Shown: positions 10,412-19,200 of the stretch, one piece after another
How positions within the stretch are numbered: the first letter of the stretch is position 1
Layout: the number at the start of each line of letters is the position of its first letter
Assembly: GCA_001724265.1 (NCBI GenBank)
Contig: MEDY01000005.1
Coordinates: 171,348 to 191,347, forward strand
Length of the DNA stretch: 20,000 bases
Direction of reading: 5' to 3'
Source of the DNA: Rhizaria sp. SCN 62-66
Lineage: Eukaryota
The notes under the pieces: model-generated
Told to the model about the DNA's origin: nothing
Database searches by the model: none
Seen by the model: only the letters and a program-made list of their open reading frames with translations
Program-made: the position numbers and the translations under genes

Positions 10412-12028
10412 GCTTACGAAGCGACGCGCACCGCGCTTTCGATCGCAAAACGTGTCCGCAAAACGCGCTAGCACGCATTCGACGGCCTGCAATGAGTCCA
10501 TGCGAGTTGCAACGTTCGCAGCTGTTTCGCAAGTTCAAACCACGACTCTGCCTCTGCACCGCTCCGCTGTGCTTCTGAACAGACACAACGCTGCACTGCA
10601 ACACTACTGCTAACAATAACTGCTTTATCGCGGGCATATTGCGGCCGCACGACGACAACTGCCCTCTCCAGAGCGCCTCACGGTGGGGAAACGCCGCCCC
10701 AGTGGCTGATGCTTGGCTCGGTTGTTTCTCGAGACCGCGATCACCCTCATTTTGTTCTAGTGACCGTGATTTCATGCAGAATGTCGACTGACACGTTTTC
10801 TTTGACTATATTAGTTTCGTAAGTTGTCATTTCTCCTCTATCTATCTCCGATTTTTTTATAGTCCAACCAATCTCACACGACAACACCTGTTGTGCTGAG
10901 CTCAGCCTTTTCTGTGTTGTGACGTGTGGTCTGTGCATACATGTGAGTGCAGACACGCGCACAAGCTTGCTGTGAGTCTTGCTCGACTTTCTTTGGCTCC
11001 TGCCCTCCTGAAGTGACTCTTGTCTGTGACGGTATGTGCAGCGAGTCTGTGGTGAATGTGACTTTTCTTAATTCTTTCAACTGCCGTTTGCTTGCTCACT
11101 TGAACAAGAGACTCGAGTTCAAGCTTCGTCCCTCTAAACACCCCTGATACATTAGCTTCTTAGACTGATTTTTGTTCGACCGAAGTCCTCGATCTCTTTG
11201 AACTCCCGACTCGGTTATCTGCTTTGTGCGTCAAGTAGGCGTTGCGAATAGTGTACTTGACGGTGAGTTGCCCTTTATTTTGAAGAATATCAAGTATAAA
11301 AGCAGAAGATGCATAAACTATTTTAATAACTTTCCAATTGTGATTTTATTAAAATATTTGTTGGGTCTTTAACTGAAACAGAGGGCAAATTAAATTTTAA
11401 GTTTTGTGATATATTTTATTCTCTATAAGAATATAAAATTTTGGTTGCGTGACTCATTTTTCAATATAAAGACGTATGTTTCGCAATATATATTGTTTTA
11501 GATACAGATTTCATTCAAGTTAAATGTATCCTCATAATGTTTACATATGGTTTTAGTATTTTTGCTTCGGTTTTAGTCGATATTGAGCCATATTGTTGTT
11601 AGAGGTGATTTTTCAAGTGGTGTCATCGAATATGATGCGATCAGTATGACAAAGTAGATCAACATAGTTGCAACAAAGCACTTAATATATGAATTAAATG
11701 CCAGAAAACACACTTAAAAGTCGATATTTTATGAGCCAGATTTCTATTTCCACTTGAATAAACAAGAAATCATCTCCAGTTACACACGTTGCACTCGGTT
11801 ACTTCGTGGGTTACAAAACGTCAGACTAGGACAAACAACTCTCATCATGCCAACAATATTGCGTCGATAGAACGTCGTGTAATAAGTGTGACACAAGCTG
11901 TGGGAGTTGTTGCGTAGGAGACCCGTGACTGTAGGAGTGCTACTGCAATCGTTGTGACAGCGTTCTCAGATGACAACAACATAGCGGCAACGACAGTTAG
12001 GACGCTAATGCACTCGTAGGAGCACTCG

Positions 12029-12049
12029 ATACTAGTACAGTACTAGTAT
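12029..12049. repeat. Perfect 10-bp inverted repeat with 1-nt spacer (ATACTAGTAC-A-GTACTAGTAT)
   Basis: Directly visible. Confidence 0.9.
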
Positions 12050-12159
12050 GTGATCCGCACTTAATAATGTTCATGGAGCGCGGGCGACTGGAGTGAGACG
12101 CATTCGGCCGCGGGGATGGCTCATCACAAGCCGGGAGAAAAGCGTTGTGACCAAAAGAA

Positions 12160-12189
12160 AAGTGTTAGATGCGTAAGTGTTAGATGCGT
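12160..12189. repeat. Perfect 15-bp tandem duplication (AAGTGTTAGATGCGT)x2
   Basis: Directly visible, about 45 nt past the tRNA 3' end. Confidence 0.9.
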
Positions 12190-12218
12190 TGCGATAGGGT
12201 GGACCGAAACGGACGCGT

Positions 12219-12229
12219 AAAAAAAAAAA
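12219..12229 (-). terminator. RNA polymerase III oligo-T terminator of the tRNA gene
   Basis: T11 run on the minus strand, 5 nt after the tRNA discriminator base. Confidence 0.85.
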
Positions 12230-12234
12230 GAGGG

Positions 12235-12307
12235 AGCTCTCGGCGGGGATCGAACCCGCGACATTCGGCTTCGAAGGCCGACGGAGTAACCACTCTCCTA
12301 CAAGAGC
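12235..12307 (-). tRNA. trnR: tRNA with UCG anticodon (nominal tRNA-Arg), 73 nt, intronless, CCA not encoded
   Basis: Minus strand folds as GCTCTTG-TA-GGAG-AGTGGTTA-CTCC-G-TCGGC-CTTCGAA-GCCGA-ATGTC-GCGGG-TTCGATC-CCCGC-CGAGAGC-T. All four stems pair (one G-U in the acceptor stem); GG in the D-loop, TTCGA in the T-loop and a downstream oligo-T are present. Confidence 0.93.
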
Positions 12308-13675
12308 TTGCTAACGTTGTTACCAGAATGCGAGATGCAAAAATGAGAATTTGCATCAATTGCAAAGCGGAATCAACCTTCAAGCAGACCTTTAGGCGAA
12401 ATTTGTGTTACTAATATGTCAACTTACACTGGCCAATCATCCTGAGGCATGTCCAAACCGAGTCTGATCAATCAAAGTTACGACATGAAACATCGTTTTA
12501 TGAAGCCAACATTTGATTATATTAAATTTTATCATATAATTAATGCATGCAATTTCTAGCACTTCTTAACATCGAGTTTTTCCCGAAGATCTACGTCCTC
12601 AAAACTAGAGGACCTTCAGTCGAATCGGCGTGTGATATCTTTCATTGTATCCGGGCCAATGTAGCTTCAGAGCGGTGCCGAAAGTAGTGAAAAGGTATCC
12701 ATTCTTTTGCGAGCATAATTTACGATCAAACTGGCCTTTTCGAAGTGTGTTACATTACACGACCGGTACACGGAGGGAGACGCCACCTGTGTCCGTTGGT
12801 GTTGGTGTTGGCGAGTGCAAAGGCAGTGTTATTCGAGTTCTGACTCTCACGGCTGCATTTTTACCGTATCTGATCAATATCATGCGCATTATTCGATCTC
12901 AGCATTGTCTGTATCACCAAAGATTTCAAATGAGCGCGACTGTTGACATTAAGGAACGCCCTCTGTACGTAAGACGGCTGTCCCTTGCACGATGCTGTAG
13001 CGACAGTGCTTTTGTGCAGAATGTCGGGCGTGACAGTGTCACCATGATCACAGCAATGGCTACCCACAACTAGATAGCAGCATACATATGAGCGCTGTAT
13101 TTTTCACTTTGAAAGGGTGGCCTCGCGCGTTAAAAATGACGATAAGTTCAAGTTCATTCGAGATGGAGATGTTACGCTAATCAATATTTGACAGTTATGA
13201 TAAGAACACCAACAGTTACATACAGATACAAAGAGAAAGAAAAGAGCGACTACGCAAAGTGGGGAGTCGCATACCAGTGTTTAAAAAGCCAACGAAGTCT
13301 ATCCTCACAAAACGTACACAACAGAGAACAAAATACAATGTGATGCGAAGAAGAGCGAAACTAACTAAAGTAAAAAAAAGAGAACAGAAAGAAGAACAAA
13401 ACAGGCAAATCAAAAACATACGCTCTGTGTAAAAGAGGAACACTGTTGTTGGAGTAACCCTCACACTATTCGTGCCTTGATAGAATCACATCAAGGGCAC
13501 AACACGCAATGTTCATAGAGTCTATGTGCTTGCGTCGTTAACGATGACGCAGACGCAAACACACAGACACTGCCAGAGATGAATTTATACACAAAATGAA
13601 ACGCAAAAACAAAAACAGACAGTCACTTTAATTTGCGAAAGTACTTTTACGTTCCAACCCGTTTCGCTTCGTGTC

Positions 13676-15375
13676 TTAATTGACAATGTACTTGACGGTG
13701 AACTTTGCGGGGTCGGCCTCGGTGCCGTCCGATGCGTAGACGCGCACGTCGCCCTTCTCGACGTCAATCTCGGTCCCCGTGGGGAACGGGTTGGTCTTGT
13801 TAAGGTATCCGCGCGCGACGGCGCCCGAGGACCAGACCTGCGAGCGGCCCTCGCTGGCCTTGTTCGTCTTGTACGGGATGTGCACCGTGGGTTCCTTGAC
13901 CTTGACGACAAAGTGCTGCTCCGCCAGCAGCCGCTTCAGCCGCGCAATCTCGTCGTCTCGGTCCGCGATCGTGCCGCGAAGCTCGCGCACCAGCCCCGAC
14001 AAGTCCGGGAAGTTGGGCCCGCTGGGCGGCGCTGGCCCGGGCTGGTTGCGCAGCAACGCGCGGAGACGCTCGATCTCGTCGTTTAGACCGCGCACCTCGC
14101 GCGCGTGCGCGTCCTTCATCTGCGCCATCGCCTGCTCAAAGCGCGCGCGCAGCTCGGCCTCGAGCCTGAGATACACAGCAGCGAACAGAGAGTTCGTCAA
14201 AAAAATTAAGAGTATATCAGAAATATGTAAGTTTTTGTAGTTAAAAATGAAATATCCACATCATGGTATTAAAATACGCTTGGATGGAAAGTTATTATTC
14301 AATTGATGCCAATATAAGAGAGATATCATTTGTTTTGTAATGTTCTTCGTACCTGGCGAGGTCTCGCTCGTAGGCCTCGCGGAGCTGCATGATGAACTGG
14401 AGCCAGCGCGCGCGGTCCTCGTTAAGCACGCGGTAGCAGTCGTCCAGGATAGCCTTGGCGCGGCGCTCCCACTCGGCCTCAAGCGCCTTGAGCAGGTCCG
14501 CGTCGCGGCGCGTCTTGTCCTGTCGTACGTACAAACGCACAGCATAACACAGTAAAGAACACCAAAAGAGAATGATGAGATCAGAGAGTACAGGTGAGAT
14601 TTAGCTAGAAATGAACATAAATTCAGTTGAATAAATCGAGAGGACAGCCATTGGATCCTTTCACATCGAAACAATTAATTCTGGGAAGATTGATATCATA
14701 GAGCGGCCGTACCTGGTACAGCCCGTTGAGCTCCTGCAGGTGCCGCAGCAGCAGCGCGAGGCGGGACTGGTCAGGCGCTCCGGCGAGCGAGGCGAGCTGC
14801 TCGGCAAGCCCCTTAAGCTTGCGCTCCATGTCGACGAACCAGGCGGCGTCCCACTCGCCGCCGCCGCCGCCGCCGCGGCGCGAGAGCTCGAGCGTGGCCG
14901 AAGACCGGTGGTGGTGGTGGTGCAGCCCGGCGTCGATGCAGTACTGCGCGCCCGGCAGGTGGCGCAGCGCTGAGGAGCCCGAGAGCAGCTTCGAGCGCGC
15001 GAGCTGCGGCGTCGACCACTTCTGCACCAGTGCCTTGTCGTCGTGCACGTGCCGGTGCGGCGTCACGGGGCCCGCGTGTCCCTGCGCGGTCGTGGGGCGG
15101 CGCAAGGGCGGGGACATCGGGCGCCCGCCGCCGCTGCTCGCAGTCGCGCGGTAGTACACGTCCGCGGAGCCGCTGCCGCCGCCGTTGCTGTTGGCGGCGG
15201 AAAGGTCGCGGCCTTTTGCACTGACGGCGTTGGCGAGCCCCTCCAGGTCGCGGCGCAGGTTGGTGATGTTGGCGTCGTCGGTGCGCGTCTCAGCGTCGCG
15301 CGCGCGCGTCTCGGACATAAAGGCGTCGATGGCGCGCGTGATCTCGTTAGAGAGACGGTCTTGCGCGACAGCCAT
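13676..15375 (-). CDS. Uncharacterised coiled-coil protein with a beta-rich C-terminal domain (lamin/IF-like architecture), 439 aa; join(15375..14713,14519..14353,14165..13676)
   Basis: Three GC-rich ORF segments are joined in frame by two GTACG..CAG introns (1320 nt total). The protein has an N-terminal helix, a low-complexity Gly/Ser/Pro/His region, heptad-rich E/R/L/A helices and a ~78-aa beta-strand-like tail. The gene model is solid; the function is not established. Confidence 0.8.
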
Positions 15376-16268
15376 GGGGAGTAAGCAGGGCGAGAGCGCA
15401 CGCAGTCGTCACTACGTAGAAAGTTGAGTGGGTTGGGTTGTGAGTCTCTTGTGAGAGAGGTTCTTGGGCTGGCCTGTGTCTGCAAGAGGCAGTTAACAGT
15501 CCGTTGGAGTCGGGCGACTGGTGTAGTGACTGTGGCAGAAAGGAAGAGAGTAAAGGGAGAGAGACAGAGAGAGCGGAAGGAGGCGTGCGGCAGACACATG
15601 CGATGAGTCAGGGGAGCGAAACGACACAAGTGGTTGTGGCACTTAACTGGAGATGTGGCACTAGTGCAATTAAAAATACATGAATCAACACGCAAATCAT
15701 CGACCAAAGCCGCCTAGAAAAGCTCCTGACGATTGAAAGAGGACGAAAGTTTGAATCTAAATCAGGCGATTGTGAAACGCTGTGGAGCACAGTCATAGCC
15801 TTTTTTTTTTAGGAACCAGGGCCTCCTTGACTTGGTACGAGTTTGTCCACCCCATACCGCTATGTACACTCACTAATTAAATGTCAGAGTAAAATAATGT
15901 TAGGAAAACCTAGATTTTCTGTTTGTTTTTAATGTTGTATTTGTCAAAAATTGCTTGGTTGACCCAGAAAGGAGCATTATTGAGGACTTGCGAGCGAGAG
16001 AGCCGTTGGAGCAGAGTTGGCGTGTTGCCGATTTTTTTATTCGAAATTATTCCTTATTTTCATCGTCAGTAACTTTCTCTTGACGTTGGCAAGTTAACTC
16101 CTACTATATATTACTAACATCACATGCTATATTTTCACAAATGCCATTTTATCCACCTCAGCGCGACCGAAGCTACCGTACAGCCTGACTGTTCCTAACT
16201 GACAGTGCGTTCGTCATTGTTGATCACCCTGCTGCTCGAATCTGCCTCTTGAGCTTGCCCGCGTTGCC

Positions 16269-19200
16269 ATGCAGCCGCCACAGTCCGTGCGCGACATTGT
16301 TGGCGAGGCCGACCAAGAGTGGGAGGTGTTCCGTTTGCGCAACCGCATCCACGCGCTGCACGACGATCTGGAGCTCATGAACACCCTCCGCCAGGACAAC
16401 AACAACAACACCAGCAACATGGTTAACGCGACAAATTCTGGCCACCCCGCGCATAACAACAGCACACTTGCGCCGCTGCCGCTGCCGCAGATGCGGCACA
16501 GCAGCAGCCCGATGCACTCTAACAACAGTAACACTGCCGCTTTCGAGCAGTTTTCCCCCATTCGCCCGTACCCTGCGACAGCGTCTGCCGCCGTAGCGTC
16601 AACAGGTGCCGCTGACAGGTCCTACTACAACAACCACGGCAACGTTAGTCACGCGCACAATGGTCACGGTCTTGCAGTTGTCGACGCTGCCGCGCTCTCA
16701 GACGTTCTCTCGTCTACCATCCGCGCCGCCGTCGCCGAAGCATCTAACAACAACAACGCCAACGACGACTCCACGCGCGCGCAACCTGCTCTCGCGCCCG
16801 AATCTGACGTGACCGCGACTGTGGTGACTGCTGCGGTTGACTCGCTGCGGTCCGAGCTTGCGCTGGAGCTTGCGCAGTCCTCCGTGGCGGCCGACTCGGC
16901 GCTCGCCCGCCTCGCACACACCGAGCGCGCCGTCTCCGCGCTCGACGCGACCGTGAGCGGCGTCGAAGCCAGTGTCGCCCGTGCCACCGCGGTGCTGACT
17001 GAGGGGCTTGAAGTCACGACGGCGCGCGCGTCCGCCGCCGCCGAGGCCGCCGCCGCGTCGGCCGCCGAGGCCGCCACGCGCCCGCTCGCCGCCGAACACG
17101 AGCGCACGCAGGCCGCGCTCGCTTCCACGACCGCGGCCCTAGCGACGCTCGCCGAGACGCAGACGCAGCGGCACCACGCGCTGGAGCTGGCGCTGGAGCG
17201 CTCGTTCGCGGACCGTGGCGCGAGCGAGCTGCGCAGTGAGGCGGCGGCTCGGGAGCGCGCGCTGGCGGCGCAGCTGCAGAGCCAGCGCGAAGGCGAGGCG
17301 CGGCGCCGCGAGAGCGAGGCTGCGCTCGCGGCGGGGCTCGAGCGCGCGCGCGCGGAGGCCAAGGCCGAGGCCGAGACGGCGCGGCGCGAGGCCACAGAGG
17401 TCGCTCGCGCCGCGGCGGCCGAGGCGGCCGAGGCCAAGGCCGCGGCGGAGCGGGCGACCACGGCTGCGAACAACAACGCTGCCGCCGTCGCCGCCGCCAC
17501 CGCCGCTGCGGCCGCGGCTGCTGCTGCGAAGCAGAAGGAGCAGGAGATGCTTCTGCTGCAGCACCAACAGCAGCAGCGCGAGCGTGAGCGTAAGGAAGAG
17601 AAGGCCGCCGCCGCCGCCGCCGCAGCGGCCGCCGCGGCCGCGCAGCAGCAGGCGCAGGTGCAGGCGCAGCAGCAGGCGCAGGCGCAGCAGCAGGCGCTGA
17701 GCATCTACGAGCGCGAGTTCGAGCTCGCGGTGCGCACGGCGGTGACGGCCGAGCGCGAGCGCGCGCGCGCCGAGCTACAGCAGGAGCGCGATCGCGGCCG
17801 CGCGCTCGCCGACGACGCCGCGAGGGCCGGCGCGGAGGCCGAGGCGCGCGCGGAGGCGGCCGAGGCGGCGGCGGCGGCGCGGACCGGCGAGCTGGTCCGC
17901 TCGCGCGACGCCGCCGTGGCCGAGCTGGCGGCGCAGCGGGCTGAGGCGGCGCGTTCAGCGGCGGACGCGGCGGCTGCGGAGCGCAGGCTGCTCGCTACAC
18001 TCGCCGACGCAGAGGCGAGGTACGATAAAACTACTTATACCGGATATATTTGAACGAAGTTGACAGTTTATGCGGCGAAGAATTTGTTCAAAATTTATTT
18101 CAGACCTATGCGCTTTTGATATCTCACCACAAATCTCACTTTCGCAATAATATATTTTCTGATTTGCTTGTTCAGGGCTGCTGCTGCGGAGGCCAGGGCC
18201 GCGGGGCTAGAGTGCCTGGCCGCGGAGAAGGACTCGGCGTTGGCGAGCCTGGTGCAGGACAGGCGCGCGCAATGGGTGCCCGCGGCCGAGTACGCGCAGG
18301 CCGTGTCGGACATCGAGCGCCTCGCCGCGGACCTAGCCGAGTCGCAGTCGGCGGCGCAGTCGGCGGCCCGCGCCGCCGCTGCGGGCGAGGCCGAGGCGGC
18401 TGCGCTGCGGGCGGCGCTGGCTGAGGCCGAGCCCGCGCTGGCGCTGGCGCGCGACGAGGCCGAACGCTGGGAGCGCGCCGCGGTCGCCGCGCGCGCCGAG
18501 GCCGGGGCCGCGCGCGGCGAATACCTGGACCAGCTGGAGCAGCATCGGCGCCAACACATGACGGAGTTGCGCGACGCCACCGAGACGCACGACCGCGCGC
18601 TCGAGCAGCGCGCGCGCGTGGCGACCGAGAACGCCTGGGCCGAGGCCAAGGACCAGCTCAAGCAAGCCGCCGCCGCCGTCGCCGCCGCAGAGGCCGCGGC
18701 GCTGGCGGAACGCAAGCGCGCGACCGAGGCCGAGATGGTCGCCGCGGCCGCCGCGCGCGGGGCGGCGCTGCGCGAGGAGGAGCACCGGCAGGCCACCGCT
18801 GCGGCCGCTGCGGCTGCGGCGGCGGCGCGCGCAGAGGCCGAGGCCGCGCGCGCGAGCGCCAAGAAGTACCAGCGCCGCGCCGAGGCCGCCGACTCTGCGC
18901 GCCGCGAGGAGGCCGCGGCATTCGCGGCCGCGGCCACGGAGGCTGCGGCGCGCGCCGAGGCCGCGCTTGTTGACGCCGTGTCGCGCGCCGAGGCCGGCGC
19001 GCGGGACGCCGCTGCGCGCGCTGAGGCCGCGGGGCTCGAAGCCAAGGCCAAGGCTGCTAGCGAGGCCGCCGCCGCCAAGGCCGCATTCGATGATTCACTC
19101 GCAAAGTACGCAATTCAACTTAAAAGTCATTTTATTGAAGTCTGAGTTATTGTTGTTAACCTCTCTTGTAACCTCTCTTGTATCTTCTCAATGTGTTCGT

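Noticed and set aside
10747..11147. Cluster of 66-79 aa ORFs on both strands
   Set aside because: Non-ATG starts, no codon bias, and no transposase, reverse-transcriptase or other motif that I can recognise.
11252..11266. 15-nt exact match TGTACTTGACGGTGA to 13687-13701
   Set aside because: One 15-mer match within 20 kb is compatible with chance, and similarity does not extend.
11821..11848. Possible C/D-box snoRNA on the minus strand (ATGATGA...CTGA)
   Set aside because: Boxes are only 17 nt apart, with no second box pair, no terminal stem and no rRNA complement I can identify; an Rfam/snoscan run would be needed.
12029..12049. Helitron 3' end suggested by CTAG motifs
   Set aside because: No GC-rich subterminal hairpin at the expected spacing and no Rep/helicase coding sequence.
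12645..13073. 142-aa plus-strand ORF
   Set aside because: TTG start, no GC3 bias like the host genes, no recognisable motif and no supporting splice structure.
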